A stretch of 64,000 nucleotides of DNA. It comes from Phyllobates terribilis (Eukaryota). Below are positions 49,601-62,300 of this stretch, in pieces. Within the stretch, counting starts at the first letter, position 1, and each line of letters begins with the position of its first letter. The notes under the pieces are model-generated. The model saw only the letters and a list, made by a program, of their open reading frames with translations, made no database searches and was not told the origin of the DNA. The position numbers and the translations under genes were made by a program. The stretch is from the NCBI RefSeq assembly GCF_046119375.1, contig NW_027362764.1, positions 804,636,001 to 804,700,000 of the forward strand, written 5' to 3'.

Positions 49601-52600
49601 ACTGTGCACCGGGCTGTATTAGGTCACTGTACACCGGGCCGTTTTAGGTCACTGTACACCAGGCTGTATTACATCACTGTACTCGGCGGTATTAGGTCAC
49701 TGTACTCGGCTCTATTAGGTCACTGTACTCGGCTGTATTAGGTCACTGTACACCGGGCTGTATTAGGTCACTGTGCACCAGGCTGTATTAGGTCACTTTG
49801 CACCGGGCTGTATTAGGTCACTGTACTCGGCTGTATTAGGTCACTCTACACCGGGCTGTATTAGGTCACTGTACATCGGGCTGTATTAGGTCACTGTGCA
49901 TCGGGCTGTGTTAGGTCACTGTACTCCGGGCTGTATTAGATCATTGTACACCGGGCTGTATTAGATCACTGTACTCGGCTGTATTAGGTCACTGTACTCG
50001 GCTGTATTAGGTCACTGTGCACCGGGCTGTATTAGATCACTGTACTCGGCTGTATTAGGTCACTGTACTCGGATGTATTAGGTCTCTGTGCACCGGGCTG
50101 TATTAGATCACTGTACTCGGCTGTATTAGGTCACTGTGCACCGGGCTGTATTAGATCACTGTACTCGGCTGTATTAGGTCACTGTACTCGGCTGTATTAG
50201 GTCACTGTACACCGGGCTGTATTAGATCACTGTGCACCGGGCTGTACTAGATCACTGTACTCCGGGCTGTATTAGTTCACTGTACAATGGGCTGTATTAG
50301 GTCACTGTACACCGGGCTGTATTAGGTCACTGTACTCGGCTGTATTAGATCACTGTACTCCGGGCTGTATTAGTTCACTGTACTCCGGGCTGTATTAGTT
50401 CACTGTATACCGGGCTGTATTAGGTCACTGTACTCGGCTGTATTAGGTCACTGTATACCGGGCTGTATTAGCTCACTGTACTCGGCTGTATTAATTCACT
50501 GTACACCGGGCTGTATTAGGTCACTGTACTCGGCTGTATTAGGTCACTGTACACCGGGCTGTATTAGATCACTGTACTCCGGGCTGTATTAGTTCACTGT
50601 ATACCGGGCTGTATTAGGTCACTGTACTCGGCTGTATTAGGTCACTGTATACCGGGCTGTATTAGGTCACTGTACTCGGCTGTATTAGGTCACTGTACTC
50701 GGCTGTATTAGGTCACTGTACACCGGGCTGTTTTAGGTCACTGTGCACCGGGCTGTATTAGGTCACTGTACACCGGGCTGTATTAGGTCACTGTGCACCA
50801 GGCTGTATTAGGTCACTGTACACCGGGCTGTATTAGGTCACTGTACACCGGGCTGTATTAGGTCACTGTACACCGGGCTGTATTAGGTCACTGTGCACCA
50901 GGCTGTATTAGGTCACTGTACACTGTACACCGGGCTGTATTAGGTCACTGTACACCGGGCTGTATTAGGTCACTGTACACCTGGCTGTATTAGGTCACTG
51001 TACTCGGCTGTATTAGGTCACTGTACTCCGGGCTGTATTAGCTCACTGTACACCGGGCTGTATTAGGTCACTGTACACCGGGCTGTATTAGGTCACTGTA
51101 CACCTGGCTGTATTAGTTCACTGTACACCGGGCTGTATTAGGTCACTGTACACCGGGCTGTATTAGGTCACTGTACACCGGGCTGTATTAGTTCACTGTA
51201 CACCGGGCTGTATTAGATCACTGTACACCGGGCTGTATTAGGTCACTGTGCACCAGGCTGTATTAGGTCACTCTACACCGGGCTGTATTAGGTCACTGTA
51301 CACCGGGCTGTATTAGGTCACTGTACACCTGGCTGTATTAGATCACTGTACTCCGGGCTGTATTAGTTCACTGTACACCTGGCTGTATTAGGTCACTGTG
51401 CACCAGGCTGTATTAGGTCTCTGTGCACCGGGATGTATTAGATCACTGTACTCGGCTGTATTAGGTCACTGTACACCGGGCTGTATTAGGTCACTGTACT
51501 CGGATGTATTAGGTCTCTGTGCACCGGGCTGTATTAGATCACTGTACTCGGCTGTATTAGTTCACTGTACAATGGGCTGTATTAGGTCACTGTACACCGG
51601 GCTGTATTAGGTCACTGTACTCGGCTGTATTAGATCACAGTACTCCGGGCTGTATTAGTTCACTGTACTCCGGGCTGTATTAGTTCACTGTATGCCGGGC
51701 TGTATTAGGTCACTGTACTCGGCTGTATTAGGTCACTGTATACCGGGCTGTATTAGCTCACTGTACTCGGCTGTATTAGGTCACTGTACACCGGGCTGTA
51801 TTAGGTCACTGTACTCGGCTGTATTAGGTCACTGTACACCGGGCTGTATTAGGTCACTGTACTCGGCTGTATTAGGTCACTGTACACCGGGCTGTATTAG
51901 ATCACTGTACTCCGGGCTGTATTAGTTCACTGTATACCGGGCTGTATTAGGTCACTGTACTCGGCTGTATTAGGTCACTGTATACCGGGCTGTATTAGTT
52001 CACTGTACTCGGCTGTATTAGGTCACTGTACTCGGCTGTATTAGGTCACTGTACTCGGCTGTATTAGGTCACTGTGCACCGGGCTGTATTAGGTCACTGT
52101 GCACCGGGCTGTATTAGGTCACTGTGCACCAGGCTATATTAGGTCACTGTACACCGGGCTGTATTAGGTCACTGTACACCGGGCTGTATTAGGTCACTGT
52201 ACACCGGGCTGTATTAGATCACTGTGCACCGGGCTGTATTAGGTCACTGTACACCAGGCTGTATTAGGTCACTGTATACCGGGCTGTATTAGGTCACTGT
52301 GCACCAGGCTGCATTAGGTCACTGTACACCGGGCTGTATTAGGTCACTGTACACCGGGCCGTATTAGGTCACTGTGCACCGGGCCGTATTAGGTCACTGT
52401 ACACCGGGCCGTATTAGGTCACTGTGCACCGGGCCGTATTAGGTCACTGTACACCGGGCTGTATTAGGTCACTGTACACCGAGCTGTATTAGGTCACTGT
52501 ACACCTGACTGTATTAGATCACTGTACTCCGGGCTGTATTAGCTCACTGTACACCGGGCTGTATTAGGTCACTGTACACCGGGCTGTATTAGGTCACTGT

Positions 52601-52884
52601 ACACCTGGCTGTATTAGTTCACTGTACACCGGGCTGTATTAGGTCACTGTACACCGGGCTGTATTAGGTCACTGTACACCGGGCTGTATTAGGTCACTGT
52701 ACACCGGGCTGTATTAGTTCACTGTACACCAGGCTGTATTAGGTCACTGTACACCGGGCTGTATTAGGTCACTGTACACCTGGCTGTATTAGGTCACTGT
52801 ACACCGGGCTGTATTAGTTCACTGTACACCTGGCTGTATTAGATCACTGTACTCCGGGCTGTATTAGGTCACTGTACACCTGGC
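46685..52884. repeat. 24-25 bp satellite (CTGTATTAGGTCACTGTACACCGGG)n
   Basis: Continuous tandem array with 24-bp CTCGG variants. Confidence 0.98.
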
Positions 52885-55800
52885 TGTAACATACCTGGCG
52901 GCGTCCTTGCATGGTGGTCCATCTCCCACTGTGCAAGAGCGCGCACTTGATCTCCAGTCCAGAATGTCTCTCTGGCTTCCCTCCATGCTGTCTGTTTGTG
53001 TCTGTTTCAGCTGCTTAAGGGCGGCGCCCGATCACTTCCTGCTTTTTGTACCTGCTGTGGGTCACACCCCTTGTGCGTCCTCAGCCTATTGCTGTCTGTC
53101 ACCTGGTATATAGCTCAGCTGCTCCCATCTATCCCTGCCTGAGCATAGTGTTTCATTCAGTGTGTGCTTGCACTCTGAAGGTGCCAGGTCCCGTTCTTTG
53201 TCTCCTGCCTTGCGGTATCAGTTCCCGTGTCTGAACTGAGTTCTGTCTTTGTCTCCTGCCTTCCGGTATCAGTTCCCGTGTCTGAACTGAGTCCTGTCTA
53301 TCTCTCCTGTCTTGCGGTTTCAGTTCCCGTGTCTGTACTGTGTCCTATCTGTGTACCTTAACCTGCAGTCTGTACTCGTTCCTTGCCTGTTCGTTCCGCC
53401 TTCCTGGAGGCTGTATTTCCAGGCCAGTCTGAACACGCTCCTTGCCTGTTCGTCCTGCCTCTCTGGGGGCCGTATTCCCAGACCCGCTCCTGTATCCCGC
53501 TGCAGTATCGGTCTCCTCCGTACACTCAGTTCCTGTCTGAACTCTCTCCTATCCTTTACCTGTTTTGCCTCTATGTCCGTTCCATTCCTTTTTCTGCAGA
53601 GTCTGAACTCGTACCTAACTCCTGCTCGTTGTCACTGTACTTCCGTTTGTGAGTTTGTGGTCCACTCGCTACTTCTCTGCAAGTACCCTGTGGGTATCTG
53701 GTTCTGCCTTTCCCTTCTAGTCTGTTCCGTGTGAACAGAGCCCTGTTCCCACCGCTTCTGCGGTTTTCGCTTTGCTCAGCTCTGTCCGCCGCGTCTGCGG
53801 TTTTCGCTTTGCTCTGCTCTGTCCGCCGCGTCTGCGGTTTTCGCTTTGCTCTGCTCTGTCCGCCGCGTCTGCGGTTTTCGCTTTGCTCTGCTCTGTCCGC
53901 CGCGTCTGCGGTTTTCGCTTTGCTCTGCTCTGTCCGCCGCGTCTGCGGTTTTCGCTTTGCTCTGCTCTGTCCGCCGCGTCTGCGGTTTTTGCTTTGCTCT
54001 GCTCTGTCCGCCGCGTCTGCGGTTTTCGCTTTGCTCTGCTCTGTCCGCCGCGTCTGCGGTTTTCGCTTTGCTCTGCTCTGTCCGCCGCGTCTGCGGTTTT
54101 CGCTTTGCTCTGCTCTGTCCGCCGCGTCTGCGGTTTTCGCTTTGCTCTGCTCTGTCCGCCGCGTCTGCGGTTTTCGCTTTGCTCTGCTCTGTCCGCCGCG
54201 TCTGCGGTTTTCGCTTTGCTCTGCTCTGTCCGCCGCGTCTGCGGTTTTCGCTTTGCTCTGCTCTGTCCGCCGCGTCTGCGGTTTTCGCTTTGCTCTGCTC
54301 TGTCCGCCGCGTCTGCGGTTTTCGCTTTGCTCTGCTCTGTCCGCCGCGTCTGCGGTTTTCGCTTTGCTCTGCTCTGTCCGCCGCGTCTGCGGTTTTCGCT
54401 TTGCTCTGCTCTGTCCGCCGCGTCTGCGGTTTTCGCTTTGCTCTGCTCTGTCCGCCGCGTCTGCGGTTTTCGCTTTGCTCTGCTCTGTCCGCCGCGTCTG
54501 CGGTTTTCGCTTTGCTCTGCTCTGTCCGCCGCGTCTGCGGTTTTCGCTTTGCTCTGCTCTGTCTGCCGCGTCTGCGGTTTTCGCTTTGCTCTGCTCTGTC
54601 CGCCGCGTCTGCGGTTTTCGCTTTGCTCTGCTCTGTCCGCCGCGTCTGCGGTTTTCGCTTTGCTCTGCTCTGTCCGCCGCGTCTGCGGTTTTCGCTTTGC
54701 TCTGCTCTGTCCGCCGCGTCTGCGGTTTTCGCTTTGCTCTGCTCTGTCCGCCGCGTCTGCGGTTTTCGCTTTGCTCTGCTCTGTCCGCCGCGTCTGCGGT
54801 TTTCGCTTTGCTCTGCTCTGTCCGCCGCGTCTGCGGTTTTCGCTTTGCTCTGCTCTGTCCGCCGCGTCTGCGGTTTTCGCTTTGCTCTGCTCTGTCCGCC
54901 GCGTCTGCGGTTTTCGCTTTGCTCTGCTCTGTCCGCCGCGTCTGCGGTTTTCGCTTTGCTCTGCTCTGTCCGCCGCGTCTGCGGTTTTCGCTTTGCTCTG
55001 CTCTGTCCGCCGCGTCTGCGGTTTTCGCTTTGCTCTGCTCTGTCCGCCGCGTCTGCGGTTTTCGCTTTGCTCTGCTCTGTCCGCCGCGTCTGCGGTTTTC
55101 GCTTTGCTCTGCTCTGTCCGCCGCGTCTGCGGTTTTCGCTTTGCTCTGCTCTGTCCGCCGCGTCTGCGGTTTTCGCTTTGCTCTGATCTGTCCGCCGCGT
55201 CTGCGGTTTTCGCTTTGCTCTGCTCTGTCCGCCGCGTCTGCGGTTTTCGCTTTGCTCTGCTCTGTCCGCCGCGTCTGCGGTTTTCGCTTTGCTCTGCTCT
55301 GTCCGCCGCGTCTGCGGTTTTCGCTTTGCTCTGCTCTGTCCGCCGCATCTGCGGTTTTCGCTTTGCTCTGCTCTGTCCGCCGCGTCTGCGGTTTTCGCTT
55401 TGCTCTGCTCTGTCCGCCGCGTCTGCGGTTTTCGCTTGCTCTGCTCTGTCCGCCGCGTCTGCGGTTTTCGCTTTGCTCTGCTCTGTCCGCCGCGTCTGCG
55501 GTTTTCGCTTTGCTCTGCTCTGTCCGCCGCGTCTGCGGTTTTCGCTTTGCTCTGCTCTGTCCGCCGCGTCTGCGGTTTTCGCTTTGCTCTGCTCTGTCCG
55601 CCGCGTCTGCGGTTTTCGCTTTGCTCTGCTCTGTCCGCCGCGTCTGCGGTTTTCGCTTTGCTCTGCTCTGTCCGCCGCGTCTGCGGTTTTCGCTTTGCTC
55701 TGCTCTGTCCGCCGCGTCTGCGGTTTTCGCTTTGCTCTGCTCTGTCCGCCGCGTCTGCGGTTTTCGCTTTGCTCTGCTCTGTCCGCCTCGTCTGCGGTTT

Positions 55801-56312
55801 TCGCTTTGCTCTGCTCTGTCCGCCGCGTCTGCGGTTTTCGCTTTGCTCTGCTTTGTCCGCCGCGTCTGCGGTTTTCGCTTTGCTCTGCTCTGTCCGCCGC
55901 GTCTGCGGTTTTCGCTTTGCTCTGCTCTGTCCGCCGCGTCTGCGGTTTTCGCTTTGCTCTGCTCTGTCCGCCGCGTCTGCGGTTTTCGCTTTGCTCTGCT
56001 CTGTCCGCCGCGTCTGCGGTTTCGAATTTGTCTCCCAGTCTGTACTGGACCCTACCCAGCCTGTGCTCTAGTCTGCCTGTTCCTGTATTCCCCGGTGTGG
56101 GTCAACAGCCGTGTCCGGAGTCTGACCTGGAGTAGACCCTGGTTCCTCTGCTCGGTTCCTCCCTGGTGCACTGGCGTCGTATGCCGTCGTGCGACCTTGG
56201 TCGGATCGGGCAGATACTTAGTTACGCCCCTCCAGGCACTCTCCGGTTCATGGCACAGTGGACTCACTACATAAACACGCACACGCCAGTCAGTCCGGGC
56301 GTGTGCATAACA
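52885..56312 (-). mobile_element. Solo-LTR-like element B (same family as A, inverted) with an internal VNTR
   Basis: TGTAACATACC...GTGCATAACA termini and a 5-bp TSD (CTGGC). Reverse-complement homology to A at both ends. Confidence 0.87.
53758..56022. repeat. 37-bp VNTR (CTGCGGTTTTCGCTTTGCTCTGCTCTGTCCGCCGCGT)n, about 61 copies
   Basis: Highly homogeneous tandem unit. Confidence 0.97.
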
Positions 56313-59300
56313 CTGGCTGTATTAGATCACTGTACTCCGGGCTGTATTAGATCACTGTACACCGGGCTGTATTAGGTCACTGTACACCGGGCTGTATTAG
56401 GTCACTGTGCATCGGGCTGTATTAGGTCACTGTACACCTAGCTGTATTAGGTCCACTGTGCACCGGGCTTTAATAGATCACTGTGCACCGGGCTGTATTA
56501 GGTCACTGTACATCGGGCTGTATTAGGTCACTGTGCACCGGGCTGTATTAGGTCACTGTACACCTGGCTGTATTAGATCACTGTACTCCGGGCGGTATTA
56601 GTTCACTGTACACCGGGCTGTATTAGGTCACTGTGCATCGGGCTGTATTAGGTCACTGTACACCTAGCTGTATTAGGTCCACTGTACACCGGGCTTTAAT
56701 AGGTCACTGTGCACCGGGCTGTATTAGGTCACTGTACATCGGGCTGTATTAGATCACTGTACTCCGGGCTGCATTAGGTCACTGTACACCTGGCTGTATT
56801 AGATCACTGTACTCCGGGCTGTATTAGGTCACTGTGCACCGGGCTGTATTAGGTCACTGTGCACCGGGCTGTATTAGGTCACTGTGCACCGGGCTGTATT
56901 AGGTCACTGTGCACCGGGCTGTATTAGGTCACTGTACACCGGGCTGTATTAGGTCACTGTACACCGGGCTGTATTAGGTCACTGTACACCGGGCTGTATT
57001 AGGTCACTGTACACCGGGCTGTATTAGGTCACTGTACACCGGGCTGTATTAGGTCACTGTACACCGGGCTGTATTAGGTCACTGTACACCGGGCTGTATT
57101 AGGTCACTGTACACCGGGCTGTATTAGGTCACTGTACACTGGGCTGTATTAGGTCACTGTACACTGGGCTGTATTAGGTCACTGTACTCGGCTGTATTAG
57201 GTCACTGTATACCGGGCTGTATTAGGTCACTGTACTCAGCTGTATTAGGTCACTGTACTCGGCTGTATTAGGTCACTGTACACCGGGCTGTATTAGGTCA
57301 CTGTACACCGGGCTGTATTAGGTCACTGTACTCGGCTGTATTAGGTCACTGTACACCGGGCTGTATTAGATCACTGTACACTGGGCTGTATTAGGTCACT
57401 GTACACCGGGCTGTATTAGGTCACTGTACTCGGCTGTATTAGGTCACTGTATACCGGGCTGTATTAGGTCACTGTACTCGGCTGTATTAGGTCCATGTAC
57501 ACCTGGCTGTATTAGGTCACTGTGCACCTGGCTGTATTAGGTCACTGTGCACCTGGCTGTATTAGGTCACTGTGCACCTGGCTGTATTAGGTCACTGTGC
57601 ACCTGGCTGTATTAGTTCACTGTACTCCGGGCTGTATTAGGTCACTGTACACCTGGCTGTATTAGGTCACTGTACACCTGGCTGTATTAGGTCACTGTAC
57701 ATCGGGCTGTATTAGGTCACTGTGCACCGGGCTGTATTAGGTCCACTGTACACCGGGCTGTATTAGGTCCACTGTACACCAGGCTGTATTAGGTCCACTG
57801 TACACCAGGCTGTATTAGGTCACTGTACACCGGGCTGTATTAGTTCACTGTATACCGGGCTGTATTAGGTCACTGTACTCGGCTGTATTAGGTCACTGTA
57901 TACCGGGCTGTATTAGGTCACTGTACTCGGCTGACCGGTCACTGTACTCCGGGCTGTATTAGGTCACTGTATTCGGCTGTATTAGGTCACTGTACACCGG
58001 GCTGTACTAGATCACTGTACTCCGGGCTGTATTAGTTCACTGTACTCCGGGCTGTATTAGGTCACTGTATTCGGCTGTATTAGGTCACTGTACACCGGGC
58101 TGTACTAGATCACTGTACTCCGGGCTGTATTAGTTCACTGTACACCGAGCTGTATTAGGTCACTGTACTCGGCTGTATTAGGTCACTGTACACCGGGCTG
58201 TATTAGTTCACTGTATACCGGGCTGTATTAGGTCACTGTACACCGGGCTGTATTAGTTCAATGAATACCGGGCTGTATTAGGTCTCTGTGCACCGGGCTG
58301 TATTAGTTCACTGTACACCGGGCTGTATTAGTTCACTGTACACCGGGCTGTATTAGTTCACTGTACACCGGGCTGTATTAGGTCACTGTACACCGGGCTG
58401 TATTAGATCACTGTACACCGGGCTGTATTAGATCACTGTACACCGGGCTGTATTAGGTCACTGTACACCGGGCTGTATTAGGTCACTGTACACCGGGCTG
58501 TATTAGGTCACTGTACACCGGGCTGTATTAGGTCACTGTACACCTGGCTGTATTTGGTCACTGTGCACCGGGCTGTATTAGGTCACTGTACACCGGGCTG
58601 TATTAGGTTACTGTACACCGGGCTGTATTAGGTCACTGTACACCGGGCTGTATTAGGTCACTGTACACCGGGCTGTATTAGGTCACTGTACACCGGGCTG
58701 TATTAGGTCACTGTACACCGGGCTGTATTAGGTCACTGTACACCGGGCTGTATTAGGTCACTGTACACCGGGCTGTATTAGGTCACTGTACACCGGGCTG
58801 TATTAGGTCACTGTACACCGGGCTGTATTAGGTCACTGTACACCGGGCTGTATTAGGTCACTGTACACCGGGCTGTATTAGGTCACTGTACACCGGGCTG
58901 TATTAGGTCACTGTACACCGGGCTGTATTAGGTCACTGTATACCGGGCTGTATTAGGTCACTGTACTCGGCTGTATTAGGTCACTGTACACCTGGCTGTA
59001 TTAGGTCACTGTGCACCTGGCTGTATTAGGTCACTGTGCACCTGGCTGTATTAGGTCACTGTGCACCTGGCTGTACTAGTTCACTGTACTCCGGGCTGTA
59101 TTAGTTCACTGTACTCCGGGCTGTATTAGGTCACTGTACACCTTGCTGTATTAGGTCACTGTGCACCGGGCTGTATTAGGTCACTGTGCACCGGGCAGTA
59201 TTAGGTCTCTGTGCACCGGGCTGTATTAGGTCTCTGTGCACCGGGCTGTATTAGGTCTCTGTGCACCGGGCTGTATTAGGTCTCTGTACACCGGGCTGTA

Positions 59301-62300
59301 TTAGGTCACTGTACTCGGCTGTATTAGGTCACTGTACACCGGGCTGTATTAGATCACTGTACACTGGGCTGTATTAGGTCACTGTGCACCTTGCTGTATT
59401 AGATCACTGTACACCGGGCTGTATTAGTTCCCTGTATACCGGGCTGTTTTAGGTCACTGTATACCGGGCTGTATTAGGTCACTGTACTCGGCTGACCGGT
59501 CACTGTACTCCGGGCTGTATTAGGTCACTGTATTCGGCTGTATTAGGTCACTGTACACCGGGCTGTACTAGATCACTGTACTCCGGGCTGTATTAGTTCA
59601 CTGTACACCGAGCTGTATTAGGTCACTGTACTCGGCTGTATTAGGTCACTGTACACCGGGCTGTATTAGGTCACTGTACACCGGGCTGTATTAGGTCACT
59701 GTACACCGGGCTGTATTAGGTCACTGTACTCGGCTGTATTAGGTCACTGTACACCGGGCTGTATTAGATCACTGTACACTGGGCTGTATTAGGTCACTGT
59801 ACACCGGGCTGTATTAGGTCACTGTACTCAGCTGTATTAGGTCACTGTATACCGGGCTGTATTAGGTCACTGTACTCGGTTGTATTAGGTCACTGTACTC
59901 GCTGTATTAGGTCACTGTACACCGGGCTGTATTAGGTCACTGTACACCGGGCTGTATTAGATCACTGTACACTGGGCTGTATTAGGTCACTGTACACCGG
60001 TCTGTATTAGGTCACTGTACTCGGCTGTATTAGGTCACTGTATACCGGGCTGTATTAGGTCACTGTACTCGGCTGTATTAGGTCACTGTACTCGGCTGTA
60101 TTAGATCACTGTATACCGGGCTGTATTAGATCACTGTACACCGGGCTGTATTAGTTCACTGTATACCGGGCTGTATTAGTTCACTGTACTCGGCTGTATT
60201 AGGTCACTGTACACCTGGCTGTATTAGGTCACTGTACACCTGGCTGTATTAGGTCACTGTGCACCTGGCTGTATTAGGTCACTGTGCACCTGGCTGTATT
60301 AGGTCACTGTGCACCTGGCTGTACTAGTTCACTGTACTCCGGGCTGTATTAGGTCACTGTACACCTTGCTGTATTAGGTCACTGTGCACCGGGCTGTATT
60401 AGGTCACTGTGCACCGGGCAGTATTAGGTCTCTGTGCACCGGGCTGTATTAGGTCTCTGTGCACCGGGCTGTATTAGGTCTCTGTGCACCGGGCTGTATT
60501 AGGTCTCTGTACACCGGGCTGTATTAGGTCACTGTACTCGGCTGTATTAGGTCACTGTACACCGGGCTGTATTAGATCACTGTACACTGGGCTGTATTAG
60601 GTCACTGTGCACCTTGCTGTATTAGATCACTGTACACCGGGCTGTATTAGTTCCCTGTATACCGGGCTGTATTAGGTCACTGTATACCGGGCTGTATTAG
60701 GTCACTGTACTCGGCTGACCGGTCACTGTACTCCGGGCTGTATTAGGTCACTGTATTCGGCTGTATTAGGTCACTGTACACCGGGCTGTACTAGATCACT
60801 GTACTCCGGGCTGTATTAGTTCACTGTACACCGAGCTGTATTAGGTCACTGTACTCGGCTGTATTAGGTCACTGTACACCGGGCTGTATTAGGTCACTGT
60901 ACACCGGGCTGTATTAGGTCACTGTACACCGGGCTGTATTAGGTCACTGTACTCGGCTGTATTAGGTCACTGTACACCGGGCTGTATTAGATCACTGTAC
61001 ACTGGGCTGTATTAGGTCACTGTACACCGGGCTGTATTAGGTCACTGTACTCAGCTGTATTAGGTCACTGTATACCGGGCTGTATTAGGTCACTGTACTC
61101 GGTTGTATTAGGTCACTGTACTCGCTGTATTAGGTCACTGTACACCGGGCTGTATTAGGTCACTGTACACCGGGCTGTATTAGATCACTGTACACTGGGC
61201 TGTATTAGGTCACTGTACACCGGTCTGTATTAGGTCACTGTACTCGGCTGTATTAGGTCACTGTATACCGGGCTGTATTAGGTCACTGTACTCGGCTGTA
61301 TTAGGTCACTGTACTCGGCTGTATTAGATCACTGTATACCGGGCTGTATTAGATCACTGTACACCGGGCTGTATTAGTTCACTGTATACCGGGCTGTATT
61401 AGTTCACTGTACTCGGCTGTATTAGGTCACTGTACACCTGGCTGTATTAGGTCACTGTACACCTGGCTGTATTAGGTCACTGTGCACCTGGCTGTATTAG
61501 GTCACTGTGCACCTGGCTGTATTAGGTCACTGTGCACCTGGCTGTACTAGTTCACTGTACTCCGGGCTGTATTAGTTCACTGTACTCCGGGCTGTATTAG
61601 GTCACTGTACACCTTGCTGTATTAGGTCACTGTGCACCGGGCTGTATTAGGTCACTGTGCACCGGGCTGTATTAGGTTACTGTGCACCGGGCTGTATTAG
61701 GTCTCTGTGCACCGGGCTGTATTAGGTCTCTGTGCACCGGGCTGTATTAGGTCTCTGTACACCGGGCTGTATTAGGTCACTGTACACCGGGCTGTATTAG
61801 GTCACTGTACACCGGGCTGTATTAGGTCACTGTACACCGGGCTGTATTAGGTCACTGTACTCGGCTGTATTAGGTCACTGTACACCGGGCTGTATTAGAT
61901 CACTGTACACTGGGCTGTATTAGGTCACTGTGCATCAGGATGTATTAGTTCACTGTACTCCGGGCTGTATTAGGTCACTGTACACCTTGCTGTATTAGAT
62001 CACTGTACACTGGGCTGTATTAGTTCACTGTATACCGGGCTGTATTAGGTCACTGTACTCGGCTGTATTAGGTCACTGTATACCGGGCTGTATTAGGTCA
62101 CTGTACTCGGCTGACCGGTCACTGTACTCCGGGCTGTATTAGGTCACTGTATTCGGCTGTATTAGGTCACTGTACACCGGGCTGTACTAGATCACTGTAC
62201 TCCGGGCTGTATTAGGTCACTGTACACCGGGCTGTATTAGGTCACTGTACACCGGGCTGTATTAGGTCACTGTACTCGGCTGTATTAGGTCACTGTACAC

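Noticed and set aside
46685-52884. Inversion of the satellite between the inverted LTR-like elements
   Set aside because: Monomer orientation is the same inside and outside, and each element keeps its own matching TSD.
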